Notes: generated by a model from the letters alone, not told the origin. A DNA stretch of 63,908 nucleotides, filler included, from Platydemus manokwari (GCA_037951405.1; 6 parts of 6 records of this genome joined end to end with filler, not necessarily neighbours in it), one strand, 5' to 3'; shown: positions 12,725-26,950, counted from the whole stretch's first letter. Program-made: numbers and translations.

Positions 12725-15133
12725 CTAAGTAAATGACATACTGTTACCAAATTGTTTCAATGTAAATTTTATTTTGTATAAATGAAATGATCTTCAATTC
12801 AAACCAGTTTTTACTAACATGAAAATAATCACGATTGCCATGGGATTATAATTGTGAGTTATAATTTATTATAATTATATTTTTTCAAAAAATCCATATT
12901 ACCTATTTTTAAGCTGACCTTTTTTTTCGAACATTTACAATAAACAGATAAAAGTTCTTAATAATCAGCCAGAAACCAATCTTTAATCTGTTGAGAATAG
13001 AAGAATATAGTAGCAAAATACTATGCTTACGGCCTTGGAAACATTATTTTCGCCGATTGCACATAATCATACTTATATATATGAATTTGAGAAGAAGGCC
13101 TAGATAACAATTCCTGAAACTTTATCATCAAATAAAAATGTATCATCTCGCACAGCAACAATCATGATTTGAAGAGTGAGAGGAGAATTTTGTGAGGAAA
13201 TTTTATCAAGTGTGCATAGAAAAGTAGCGACTCCTTAACTGACTCCAAGTTACAAAACATAATTTACTTATGTTGATGGAGTTCGGTATTTTGAATCATT
13301 AGAGAGATATTTATCTATTATATATAATATTCATTTTTACTCAAATTTTAGACAAAATAGTCCAATTCTAGCACAACTAATTTTGTGTTTATTCAGCACT
13401 TATTTCATAGTCAAGTTTTGGATAATTCGATAACTTACCTAAACCAAAATCAATGAAAATTAGATAATTTTATGTTATACCAATTAAAAAGGTATAAGCT
13501 TAGGTCTTTAGATCTTGTATTTTTTTATTTGATGTGTATGTTAAGCAGACACAGAAGATTCATTTCCAATGCAATCATAATATTTATGAGAAAAAGAGAC
13601 AATTAGTTATTAGATAGCAAAATTTAATTGGTGGTTATTTATATTAATTTAATAAATTATATTTTAATAAATGTATAACAAATCATCGTTTGTAATAAAA
13701 GTGAGACATTAATTTGATAAGTTTGAATTTATACGAGACTTATGAAATATTGAATGAAAATATTATTTCCGAATTATCTATATTTGAAAAAAGGAGACAG
13801 ACAAAGAGGTATAAGTAAAGAAATAAATGGACGATTTTTCAAAAAGAATTAAATGAAATTGAGAAATTGTATTCTCTAACTTAATTACAACTCATATTTT
13901 AATTACACCATTGATTTATTTCTCTGCTTTTAATAGAAGAATATTATATTTTCACTTCATAGCGATCGATATCAGATCTGTGAAGTCCTGTATATAAATA
14001 AATTTTCTAACCAATTTTGATGTCTTGAATTAAATATTGTTCACGACCTTATTAAAAATCAAAAATATTGATATCGACATTAATATGAAATAGCCAATAA
14101 AGTCAAAGAATGATATGCAAAATATTTTTTATTTTTATTTTTAAAATGATTCAACATTTCCATCATGTCTAAAAAGAAGAAAAGAATTGAAAGTATATGG
14201 GAAAAATTGTTGTAGAATTTGAGAAGCTGGCAGCATAGAATTTACAAACCATCATTAAATGAAGTTATGTAGGACAATAGTCCCTTTGTCGATGAAATGA
14301 GACAGCACATCTCCAGAAAGATTTCCTAGACTGATAGAAAGAAACATAATTTCGGTGCGAATACAAAATCGAATTAGATGGTGAGACTGATTATACTCTA
14401 AAGTTCAACGATCTGATCAGCGCTGACGATCACATTGAAAACGATTAAAACAAATAATTAAATAAAAGAAAAACAAACACCATATTATGATAAAAAAACA
14501 AATTTTTATAATAATAAAAAAATAATTGTTATATTAATTAAATAATGTTGATAACACATTAAAAAAAATAAAATTACCTAATAAAATTTCAAAGTGATTT
14601 GTTTTAATTTATTGTATAATATTTACAATGTGTTAATAAATTTCGGACTAGTAGTGGCTAGTTATACTTTTACGATTTTGGTGTATATAAATGCTTAAGC
14701 AGATTGAATAAAAATAAAACAATTGGTGACCAATATTCATTTAAAATCTGATAGCAAGATGTTTACAAAAGACATTAAATTGCTTATGAAATGTGATACA
14801 CAAATATATAAAGGAAAATATCAATAATGATATACTAGGGAATTATTACTGCTTTGCTAAATCACATTTCCATCATTTTATTAGTGGTAATGGATCTAAT
14901 AGTTAATTATTATACCAAGAAATATAAATTTCATTATAAAGAAATTTAACTATAGTTTTAAGCATACAAAAATAGAGAATTAAAGCTTTACTCATAAGTC
15001 GGGACACTAATTTGCATATTGTGTTATATAAGAAATTTAATAATTAAATTATAAGGTCTGACCAGATTCGTAATCTACATACTTTAAACTATCGGAATAC
15101 ATTTTTTTCGTCAATAAATATATTTCTGTCAAA

Positions 15134-15826
15134 ATGAAGCGGATTGAAAACGAAGCGCTGTTCAAACGCGTTATTTACTATTTCGAAAATGTTGTAGGAA
15201 GGTCAAAATTCAAAACAGTAAAACATTTCAGCGATGAAGGAGTTCGTCGGCACTCGATATACAAAATGTTAAGGAGGTTTCAGTCTACGAAATCCACAAA
15301 CTACAAAAAAATTCCAGGCAGACCTGCAACAGTGGGAACACCGAAAGTAATAACTAAAATTCGAAACCTGTTTCAAAAAAATCCATCTATTACAACGAAA
15401 GCTGTTGGAAAACGGGTTCGCGCTAGTCAACAAACGGTATCTCGTTTAAAAGTGAAGAAGTTGGGCATCAAATCATTCAAGAAAAGAATTGCTCCAAAGT
15501 ATGTCAAAGATCAAGAATCGCGTGCAAAGTCAGGGTGCCTTCATGTCTACAAAAATCAACTCTCAAAAGTTCTTCTGATGGATGATGAGACTTACGTACC
15601 TTGGGATCCACAGGATGTTCCAGGAACTAAATATTTTCACGCTGCGGACCCCAAGAGTGTTTCTTACTCCCATAAAGTGAAGCCGAAAGCAAAATTTGCA
15701 AAGAAAATCCTAGTTTGGCAAGCCCTGGACGAACACGGTAATGTCTCAGATGCGTATATTTCAGAAGGAACTATGAACAAGGACATTTACTTGGAGGAAT
15801 GTATTTATGCGCGTCTGCTTCCCTTC
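15134..15826 (+). mobile_element. IS630-Tc1-mariner transposase, DD37E/TRT (ITmD37E)-like; uninterrupted ORF truncated by the contig end
   Basis: N-terminal HTH region with a GRP motif, first catalytic Asp in LMDDETYV, then VWQAL and GTMNKDIYLEECIYARLLPF. There are no stops over 231 codons. The second and third catalytic residues are lost in the gap, so the subfamily is inferred from motifs. Confidence 0.88.
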
Positions 15827-15926
15827 NNNNNNNNNNNNNNNNNNNNNNNNNNNNNNNNNNNNNNNNNNNNTTAATTAATTAANNNNNNNNNNNNNNNNNN
15901 NNNNNNNNNNNNNNNNNNNNNNNNNN
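15827..15926. other. Artificial contig join (44N-TTAATTAATTAA-44N)
   Basis: Six-frame stop linker at 15871-15882 inside an exact 100-bp spacer. Confidence 0.98.
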
Positions 15927-18900
15927 ATTAAACAAATTTAATTTAAAAACTCAAATAATCATATAGAGGTGTTCTGAATAGAATAGGAACTTGTTTTTAA
16001 AACTATGTTTTGTCCTTATTAGCCATCCCAAAAAGTGAGATATTAAGTGAATTATACGAATTATACATCGCAATTATAAATAAAATTAATTTATAAAATT
16101 TTTTAATGCGCGAAAATTCATTATTAAGAAAGTAGGTCAAAGGACCCCTTTTCTTAACTTAAGCCAATTTTAGAAATAAAGCAATAATTTGATGAATATA
16201 ATTTAATGAATATAATGAATATAATTTAAGTTAATTAAAGTATAATACTTAAACAAAATTATTTTGAAACACCAATATCAATTAAAATTAGACTAACCAA
16301 TAGTTTTTTGTATCATAATAGAGATTATAAAAGAATTTTGGCGAATCTATTTATGCAGTTACTTAATTTTTTTAGATATATTTGATATTCCCAATCTTAT
16401 CTTTGTGAAATTTAATTGCAAAATTAATTTCCAATGGCTTGGTCACAACCGTACGGTATCGAGCAGTTTATTAACTAATTGTTTGAGTGATGTCTCTAGA
16501 AAAAATCATTGGAAAAAAAACATTTATCCACTTAATTACAATGATTATACCAAATGGAAATGAACAATTAAATATTCCAACGATAAGTTTCGATAAACTT
16601 ATTTGGACCTTGATAAATTTATCATGGGCTCAACAACCGAGATATTTACATAACAACGATAAGTTAAGTTGATAAATTCCACATCAAAAGATAAACCGGG
16701 CATTTTCGAAAATAAAACTTTATTTAACATTTAGATGAATAATCCAATTAATTAATTCGATAATTTCTAAAGTGAACCAGTTGAAAATATCTTATTTCGT
16801 AATAAAATATTTAAACAATCTTTTTAGATTTTAGATGAGAAAGAAGATCAAATATTAAATAGAAATTTGACTGCCTCTTCTTAGATTAATTTTCCATCTC
16901 TTATCCGATGGAAATAAATGTATTACTCTTATTCTTGCTATTCAATGATTAATTGATTTATTTACTACTTTCTCTGTGATAAAAATGAGAAAGGAATGCA
17001 ATAAATCTTTTAAATTAATTATTGCCTTAATATAATTGGTTTCGTTTTGATAATCTTAGTCGTTTTATCATATTTCATGAAGTTGCGAGTAAATTAATAA
17101 ATAAAATAAATGGCTCGAAAATGACTTCACTACGTGGTTAGAATATGATTGGGTGTTTATAATTGTTTTATGTAGCAAAAAATAAAGATAATGGATAAAA
17201 AACTAATTTTATAATCGAGTTAGATACAATTACATCTATTACTCAGACTCTTCCTGTTTTTTCGGTCTAATTCTCTTCTTCTTATCTTCGTCCATACAAA
17301 TCAACTCTAATCAATAAAACAAAAACATTTAACATCACATCTTGCGATAAGGTTGTTTATACTATTGTTAATATTTTTTCGAAAACTGTCAGTTTGCAAA
17401 AACCAAAATATACAAAAACGTACCAGCCATTTTATTAATATCACAAATTTTACTGTTTTAGTCTTTTTGTAACTTCATTCTATTTGATTCTTTGTTACAA
17501 AAGACAAAAGATCTTTATCTATAAATAGTTTCCCATGCCACAGAAAGTGATGAAATAAAGGAAGACTTCATCAGAAGGTAGCATATAATTTAGAATGTAT
17601 ATTCGAATAGTTAAATGATTTATGCGATAATCAAATGAGTGAGCCTTTTATGTCGATATATTACCGAAGCCCTTTTTCCAAAAATATCAAGCTAGCTACT
17701 TTGATATTTTTACTTCATATTTTCGTCTTGAAAAAATGATTACTGATAAATTGTAAATCAAAACAACTAAGTAAAAATGAGGTCGTCTGTATTCGATTCT
17801 ATATTATGGGTCAGCAGAGTAAGCAATGAATCCTCTCACAATCAACCTCATGGATTCTTTTATAACAATAACCCTTATAACAATAACCTGTTTTTACATT
17901 TAACATTACTAAACAAATCGACAACATTATCCACAAGCTTATCCCTGGCATAGAAGCGATTTTATAACTATTGGATTTTGGTTTTATTGAGTGAGATGTA
18001 GCTGGTTGTTGAGTTGCTCGTTTGTTTTTACAGATCGAACTCCAAACAATCTGTTGTGTTTCGTGTGAAGTAATGTAGGTTGCGATTTCATATATAAATA
18101 TGGATATTATAAATAACAGTGACAAGGGTTAACTGAAAAGTAAAATTAGATTCGATAGACCAAACGAAGAATGGGTTACTTAATACTGAATCTATCGACA
18201 CGGAATGAAATTATTATCGATTCGGTCTATACCTCGCTAATAAATCAGCTTGTGAGTTTATTTTTAGGATTTTTATTTATGTAATTATGTTTGTGGGCGT
18301 AACATGTTATTTGTCATTGTATGACTCACAGTGGGTTCAGATCCTAACATAACTAAAACTTATTCCATTTATACAACATTATCAAAGGATTGAATTATTT
18401 AGGCTTGCTTAGATTTTCAAACAAACAATGTATTACTAAATCTAGATGCTGGAATCTATCCAATATTCACATAGTAGCTCGGATATCAATCAGATCTCAG
18501 TCCTGATTCCAGATTATATTTTCTACTGATAATATTCTATCATCCAAGTTTTCTAAACCACACGATTTTAATTCTGTATATCTCATTTTAATACACAAAA
18601 TTAAGACAATACCTTGCTCTAAATACTTTATTTAGTCAAACCATATATTTCACTTTACACTCAAATTCACCTCAAGTATTTTCACAGTATCCTTATGAAA
18701 CATGGATAGTGATCTCATCAATAACACTGGAGCTTACGTTGTTTGGTAGATACAGTTATATATTTAAAATATTTCTCCGTTTATAACTTCCATGATTAAC
18801 TTGAAGCTCCATGCAATTTAATATTTTCTCTTAACCTCTCCATGAAAGTAATAATATTTTCTTCCATAACACAATCAAATCGATATTCTTTAACAATAAC

Positions 18901-19663
18901 TTCTTTCAAAATTGTTTAAAGAGCTTTCATTTCAAGATCGGCAATCGTTTCAAAATTGCATTTGAAAATTAGTTACAAAAATTTGTTTTCACGCACGTCG
19001 TTAAAATGTCGTGAGTCACGTGCTCCTAAATTGTTTCAATTATGTTCTGAGAAATATTAAAATTGCAGATTGCGTCCTTTAACATCGCGATGCAGGCTGT
19101 ATCATTTATATTATTCGAATTTCTTTTATTTCGGTTTGATTTTTAAATATTCCTTTAACAGCGGTATCGGCATTATTTGTATAATCGTTATTCCTGTTTG
19201 CTTTGTAAATGCTCTAATATAATAATTAAAACTGTTAGTAATAGCTATCTCATTTAAATTTGAAATTCGTTAGACTTAGTCATTGAAAAGTTTTAACGAA
19301 AAATTTATTATTAAAAACAAAATAAAAAATTTTAAACGAATTAAAATATTTTCAAGGGAGCTTCAATAATTGCCAATATTAACCAGGAGTATAAATAATA
19401 AAATATACGTAAACAAAATATTTAAATTAATCAAATATTTTGTCCTATTAAATTTTTAAATAACTCATCAAAAAGCATCTAAAAGCATATAAGTTCAGAG
19501 TATTGTACATGTTTATTGATGAAAACAAAATTGTACCAAAACACTAACTAATTATAAAATAATACAAATAATAATTAAATAATAATAATAATAAAATAGA
19601 CTTTCGAAATTGAACTTAACATCTTGTCTATTTGTTCGTTGTTCCAATTTAGAAATTTAGAAA

Positions 19664-19730
19664 TTGCGAAAACCCCGAAGTGTACTGGCGGAATCCTAAG
19701 GTTCTGCCGAACACAGGTTGAAAACCACTG
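19664..19730. mobile_element. Terminal fragment of a hAT-type MITE
   Basis: Ends in GGTTGAAAACCACTG with a GC-richer subterminal segment resembling the right end of the 9766-10129 MITE. The partner end was not located. Confidence 0.45.
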
Positions 19731-20499
19731 AATTACACTATTATTGCTTTTGATAAATAATGGATTATATATTCTTCGAATTATTTATGCTCGACTTCAA
19801 CTTTAGAAACTGAAAGCGGTCTCACTCCTCATCCTAAGCTGGTTAATACGATAAAATAAATGTCTAGTATGCACACTCACATATATGTGTGTGTGCTTAA
19901 TATAACAATTCGATCATTATTAATGGATTCTTCATCATTCATTATTTGATAATTGTTTTTGTTTTAATTATTCAAATTCATTGAAAAATATTTGTATTTC
20001 GTGGCTTGATTTTAGTTCAATAAATCAAACATTTTTATCTAACACAGATTATCATCATATTCCCATGTGAACAATGATATGGAGGCATACAAATCGTTTG
20101 ACAGGAAGAAATAGACAGACTCAGTTAGTATTTATTATTCAGCTATTGAATAAAGTAAATTATTGAATTTTATCGTAGCGCCTATTGTAGACTTCACCAA
20201 AGATAGTTTTTCAACTATGAATTTTTTTTTGATTATCAATTATTATGACTTTATAAATTTATTTTAATTAAAAAATTAATTAATTTAGTCACCTCAATGT
20301 GAATATAATATACAAAAATCCGCTAATTAATAATAATAATAATAATTTAATTATATTTTATAACATCGAGAAATGTTTTAATTGAGAAACTTATTGAAGA
20401 GTTAAAGTCAAAGGAATGTAATCATTTAATAAATGTCACTTATGGAGGATAAAATGTTCCTTTATGTAGTTTTTTATGTAGTTCTTGTGAGAATATTAA

Positions 20500-20860
20500 A
20501 TCGAATTTTATTTTCGAATATTTAAATTTGTATAGAATTTAATTTAATTTTAAATTTAATTTTATATTGAATTTAATTTGGTATAAAATTATTTGTTTAA
20601 ATAATTTTATTTGAATAGAATTTGAGGTCGTGACTTTTCAGTTAGGTTTTATTGTGTATGCGAGAATATCAAATTGAATTCAATTTGAATTAGTATAGAA
20701 TTTAGTTTATATTGAATTAAGTTTTATATTGAATTTAATGTTGTATTGAATTTGATTTTAAATTTAATTTAATTTTATATTGAATTTGATTTTAAATTTA
20801 ATTTAATTTTATATTGAATTTGAATTTTTATTGAATTTAAATTTATATTGAATTTAATTT
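20500..20860. repeat. Degenerate AT-rich tandem repeat (TATTGAATTTAATTTTA-like units)
   Basis: Many copies of ATTGAATTT(A/G)ATTTT are visible directly, within a ~290-bp direct duplication. Confidence 0.75.
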
Positions 20861-21357
20861 GGAATTAAACTTTCTTTATTTGTTTAAATAATTGTCTTTA
20901 AAATAGAATTGAATGTCGAGTCTTTTCAGTTCGTTTTCGGTGCGTTTTTATAAAATAGTAGCGTCTTACAATTACAATTATTCAAAAAATTAAAATAAAT
21001 TATCGCATCCCCTTTATTTAAAATCTTTGATTTTCTCTGAATTCTTAATTAGCTCTTTATCAAATTTTCCAGATATTTATATTAAAATTTCTATTTCTTC
21101 ACTTCCTTATATATTTTTTATATCATCTCTACATCTTATCTAAATCCTCTTTATAATTTCTCTATATCTTTATAAATTCACGTTTTCGTCTCTATTTCTT
21201 CTATAAAACTTCACCATGACTTCTTTTCATCCTTTTCTATATCTTCTTCCGTCTCTACTATACTTCGATGCAATAGATATTCTCAGAATCAAATCCAAAC
21301 GCGTGGTCGCCATGTAAGCCATTTCCATTTAATAAACTGAAAAGTCACAACATCAAA
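20621..21357. mobile_element. TIR-bearing non-autonomous element (MITE-like), with a second copy at 28411-28758
   Basis: TTTGAGGTCGTGACTTTTCAGTT (20621-20643) matches the reverse complement of 21335-21357 at 21/23 positions. An extra left-TIR copy lies at 20909-20931. The pyrimidine-rich body and the GTCGCCATGTAA motif are shared with 28411-28758. Confidence 0.6.
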
Positions 21358-24300
21358 TTACATTGTAATTATATTGACTCAAATAAATTAATATTTCATA
21401 AAATTCTGACTTTAAAATTTTAAAATTTCATTCATTATAAATCCGCACAAATGTAATGTAGATGCTCTGGTACAGAGTTGATATTTTCAGCCGGGTTAAT
21501 AAAAAACGATCTACAAAAACGGTGCATTCAAGTATGTATTAACTCGTACCATCAAAACGAATCATATTCGTAATTAATAATTTTTTTGACAATAGTCTGA
21601 GCCTTTGATTTGTTATAACAACAGATGTAATGAGTTGTTGGTACAAGGCCATATACATTCATATTTCCAAATATAAAACCTTATCCCTAATATTTCAAAT
21701 CTAAATCTAAAGTCATATTAATTTGAGAAAATGCGTGAACTCATATATACTCTATGTTATATAGACATATACTTATTCACCACAACAGTGGTTACCAAAC
21801 ATTTTGAGCATATAATATAGGAATAAAAATATTTTTACAAATAATCTACATCGAAAAATTTATTAACTTATTTTTTTGAAATCTATTAGGCTAACACATA
21901 GAAAATCACATAAAATATAAGGCCCGGGTTCCATTAAGAATAATAACTTTGATTAAGTTTACTTTGTATAGTAAAAATATGCGAAATTTTTCAATTCAAA
22001 TGGATCCAGTAATATCTGATAGGTATTCTTGATTCAAACCAAAATCTGATTTCAATGAAACATGTAGATCGAAACTGAATCGATATTATATCAACGTTTA
22101 TGTCGAATGACAGTTTTAGTATAAAAATATTAAACACCAAATAATTCATTAATATGAGTATTTATATGAATTGTCTTTCGATTGTAGTTATTTGTCAAAA
22201 CTCATGTATTGTTATTTTGAAGATAAACCGAAAATTAAAGTGCCAATTTATTCTTATATAGAAGCCTCCGCATTTCGCACATGCGTATTTGGAATCGGAA
22301 ATTATGCAAATCGGTTGATTAATTTCATATTTAGCATTTGATTTAATTGTGATAAATAATTGACCATTGTTCTTATATGATTCTAATTTGGAAAAGAATT
22401 GAAATATAACCGGTAAGTGGTTAAGAATATTGAATTATTGAAACAAACGAATGGAATGTTAATAAATAAAAATTTAAGATTGAAATCAATTGTACAAGTA
22501 CTTATTTGATTCTTATTCACAACTAAGCTCATCGAAAAAAGTTTTAGAAACCGAAATAAATTTTTAAAGAAGCGATGAAATATAATTTCCATCGATAATC
22601 TTCATTCAAATTTGTAAATTCAAGGTACGAGTTTTATTTGAACTTCATATCAATTATAAAAGTTGAATTTGAAAATTTAAATACAATTTGAGCAAAAAAT
22701 TATCTTTACAAAGATAATGAACCATTTCAACTTTTCATCTACTTAACTACGTGTACGAATTAAATCTGTCATTAAATTTGAAATTAAATTGGTTATCGAA
22801 TTTTGAATTTATAAATTATTTTCTGAGATTTTTGTAAAATATATCGAATGAATTATTAAAAACGATTTAATTTTGTCCAATCGTTTACAATGCAACTTGA
22901 AATCGTAAAATACATTTGGGCTTTAAAACTTATGAACCAATTACAAAGAAAAGTCGCTAAAAGATAAAAGAACTGAGATAATATTGTTTATTATTATCGA
23001 CATTATTATTATAAAAAATAATCAAATACTGCCGACCTTTCCTCAAGTATCCATCAAGGCTTGAGAATATTTATTACAACTTATCATTGATGTGCTACTA
23101 AGATTGTTTATAAAATTAATAATTTTAATAATGATAATAAAAATAATATTAATACTAACATATTAATAATAATTTCAATAATAATAATAATAATTATTAT
23201 TATTATATATTATTAGTAGCAAATAATAATGATATTTATTTCCAATTTATCTATTGCTTCACTGCAAAAAAGAAAATGACAAAAATAAATTCCAAACAGA
23301 TTGTAAATTTATTTCAACTCCGTTTTCAATTCCAATAAATGTAGCTCCATGACTATCGTTTTGCAGTTGAAATTTCAAACTCGTTCACTTATGTTAGATT
23401 AATGTTAATTAATCTGTGTTTAATAGCAACACAGCTACGTGGAACCAACATGGCATCAGATCTGTTTAATAAAACTATCATGACCTATAAATCTACCGAA
23501 TGTCTATTGGTATAAAAAAAAATCACTGAAATATAAATATCGAAATAAATCAGTGATTAACTACTACTAGGTACTACCGAAAATTGACAGTAGTAATTCA
23601 ATTTGTATGGAGATACATCGCACCGATGTACGAATTCTAAAAATTCTGGTACATGCTTATGCAAGTAAATATCAGCATATGTTTTCTACGAGTTAAGCAA
23701 GGCAAATAACAACATCAACATTTGCCAGGTGTATCAAAACGGGATTAGGAGTAGCTAGGGTTGAAATCATAATGATGCTGGTGGTGATATACAATCTCAG
23801 ATAGCCAATTTCTACCAGTAAACTGGTCTAATTAGATCTGATAACTACAGATTCAATCTTGGTGTGTGCAGATGTCTTCGGTATGATGAAATCATTAGCA
23901 CCAAAGCCAGCTTCGTGTTTGATATGTTGACACGAAGAATAGTAGGAAATTTGCATAGTAGAACAAGTTGATAATGATAATTATTGATGTAAATTTACGC
24001 ACAATTTAAAATGAACAGCGAAATTGATCTCAACAAATTATTTACCACAATTCACGTGCGAATTTCACACTGTCATGGTTACCAGAATTGAATTTCTAAT
24101 GTAAGCATTTGAACAGCAATAAGACATTATCGAAAAATGCATTACTTCAATTCATCATAATCGGTTTGAAAAAATAATGTTTTCTCGACTATCCACCCAC
24201 ACAGACTTTAGGAAAACTGTATTGTTCTCATTACAATACTTATCTTTAACTGGTGTGACATGTTTAATCAACGTCTTAAGCTTAATATGAAATGCTTTGA

Positions 24301-24360
24301 TTTTATAAAATGCATAATTGTTATAATAACTGATAGCAATTATTATTGTTCTTGTTGTTT

Positions 24361-24662
24361 NNNNNNNNNNNNNNNNNNNNNNNNNNNNNNNNNNNNNNNN
24401 NNNNNNNNNNNNNNNNNNNNNNNNNNNNNNNNNNNNNNNNNNNNNNNNNNNNNNNNNNNNNNNNNNNNNNNNNNNNNNNNNNNNNNNNNNNNNNNNNNNN
24501 NNNNNNNNNNNNNNNNNNNNNNNNNNNNNNNNNNNNNNNNNNNNNNNNNNNNNNNNNNNNNNNNNNNNNNNNNNNNNNNNNNNNNNNNNNNNNNNNNNNN
24601 NNNNNNNNNNNNNNNNNNNNNNNNNNNNNNNNNNNNNNNNNNNNNNNNNNNNNNNNNNNNNN
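24361..24662. other. Intra-scaffold sequencing gap (302 N)
   Basis: Run of N with no linker. Confidence 0.98.
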
Positions 24663-25524
24663 TTGGAAGTTGTGAAAGGCGACATGCAATAGCCCTTTCA
24701 ACAGAAGCTGAAAGAATGAAATAAAAATTGTAGAGTTCTATGATAATGATTCTATAAACGATTAGTGAAGGATTTTATTGCATCATATAACAATATTATT
24801 AAGTTTCTGTAGCAGCCATAACTGATTCTGTGCTTGTATATCCGAGACTGTTTTATGAATTAATGAAAACGTTAAGAGCATAAAATCATGAAAGATATAT
24901 ATCATTATCGATCAATTTACAGCGTCACCTTCACAATTATTATTTTTCATTATTCCCTCAATATATTCAAGTAAGAAAATCTAACGAAAATATCCATTGA
25001 AACCACTTTATTGATCATTAAATTTTTCATATTTTTATTCATTTATCACAATATCGATTCATTCGAAGTTTATAATATAATATATATTGTTTGAAAAGAA
25101 AAAAAAATAATTCGATAGAATTACTATAAATATCGAAATCTCAGGTTTAATCTGAAGAATTGAAAAAATTTGGGATGAAATTTATGTAAATCTGTATTTT
25201 GTCTTCGACATCAAATCTTGTCTGAACGAAGAAACAATATGACATCAGGACATGTTTGCCAAATGATTTGATGAATTATATTTCAATGAAGCCTGGTTTG
25301 AATAATGATTTCAACCACGAAACACTAATCAAACCAAAACATTACAATTTTTTTTTGGATTTTCAAGAAAATTAATTGATAAAATGAAATCTAATATTAT
25401 TTCAATTCAGCGAGCTTAATTCCTGAAATTATTTTGCATTATATAAATTTATATAAATCTATATACAACCATATATATCAGTCGGATGGAGTTAAATTTG
25501 TTTTTTGGAGAAAAGATAAAATAC

Positions 25525-25697
25525 CTCATTGATCCACAACATTCCGGACTCGAACAATTCGGAATCGGTCTGGCAATTATGAGGCGTAAATGGTCGGACG
25601 ATTGCCGAAGTATTGCAGCAACTTGTTCACTTGTCATGCCTCTCACATTGATCTCATCGATATACATTAGATGATCACCAATACGTAAATGACCATT
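25525..25697 (-). CDS. Internal exon encoding the C-terminal half of a PDZ domain; PATJ/MPDZ (multi-PDZ) PDZ2-like
   Basis: TTTTTTAG acceptor and AG|GTATTT donor. Translation NGHLRIGDHLMYIDEINVRGMTSEQVAAILRQSSDHLRLIIARP matches the GxLxxGDH...GMxSEQVAxVLR...ARxP pattern of PATJ/MPDZ PDZ2. Confidence 0.85.
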
Positions 25698-26850
25698 CTA
25701 AAAAATATATCTTTTGAATTGTCAATATTTGAAGAAATATTTATTTAAGGTAGTAATCATCATGTCATCTATACCACCACAGGAACATTAAAAATAAAAC
25801 AAAACACTGGTTAATTAAAGAGAATAGGATGGGGGGGGTTTTAACAGTGTATTTATTTAGTAAAGAATCCTATTATATATAATGATATGATGTCTCGATC
25901 AAGCTATATTATTAGTATTTCTTCATAAACATTGTCAGTGCTAATCCACCTTATGTTGTCTGAGAAATTTTTCATTCATACAGAATCTTAAAAAGAATTT
26001 CTAATCATGCTTTAATGATATCAACGTCCAACTATGGAGAAGATGGGAATCATTTAGATTTAAATCGATATTATTTTTCTTATAAAGTAACAATTTCAAG
26101 GTTATCACGTGATCAGAGATATTATTGAGATATTTGTTGGACACTATTAAAAGTATCGACAGAATCCATTGGATAAAACAACAGAATAGATTATTCAGCA
26201 TTATTCAATTTCGATAATTAAATAATATCGGCAAATCACGCTACAACATCATCTTCCTCAATCTTGCTGCAAACAAAGAAAATGATCGCAATGGAATTGG
26301 GGCTTTGGATGATGTTTATTAGATTGGTGATCTTGGTTTATTTTTTGTTGTGTAATTTCTTTTAATAGAACTTCAAATTCATTGTTTGTTTTACTGGAGT
26401 GATTTTGATGAATGAATGATTTGTAATGTAAGACTAAATAACGATTTGGTGAGGGAAATATTGGTTGTGTTTTATGCATATAAAATCAATTATTGATAGA
26501 TTAATATAAAATATCAAACTTAATTATCTAATTAATTCTGATATCATACCGATATTGATTTACCAAAAAAAAGTGTTAAATAAATAGCGATATCCTATTC
26601 GTCATTATGAAGTGTATGTTTTGTTACTGTGTTTTAGGCCAAATCTTAAAGCATTTGGATTCAGTGAAATCTGAATAGATTATTAGATGAAATAATTATT
26701 AAATATTTTTGTTTAAATTAGGTCTCGACCTTGTAAAATTCAAAAAATAAAAATTAATTATTTTTATAAAAATATTATAAAATAAACACATAATATTATT
26801 TAATTATCGATTTATTATAATTCCAATATTTATTAATAATAAAATATAAA

Positions 26851-26950
26851 NNNNNNNNNNNNNNNNNNNNNNNNNNNNNNNNNNNNNNNNNNNNTTAATT
26901 AATTAANNNNNNNNNNNNNNNNNNNNNNNNNNNNNNNNNNNNNNNNNNNN
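26851..26950. other. Artificial contig join
   Basis: Linker at 26895-26906. Confidence 0.98.

Noticed and set aside
17800-18130. Possible LINE RT remnant, or ORF 17811-18125
   Set aside because: Only a vague GVKQG-like trace needing several frameshifts. The CYKGYCYK repeat comes from a 15-bp tandem duplication.
24155-24724. Four long ORFs in the track
   Set aside because: They are open only because they run through 302 Ns.
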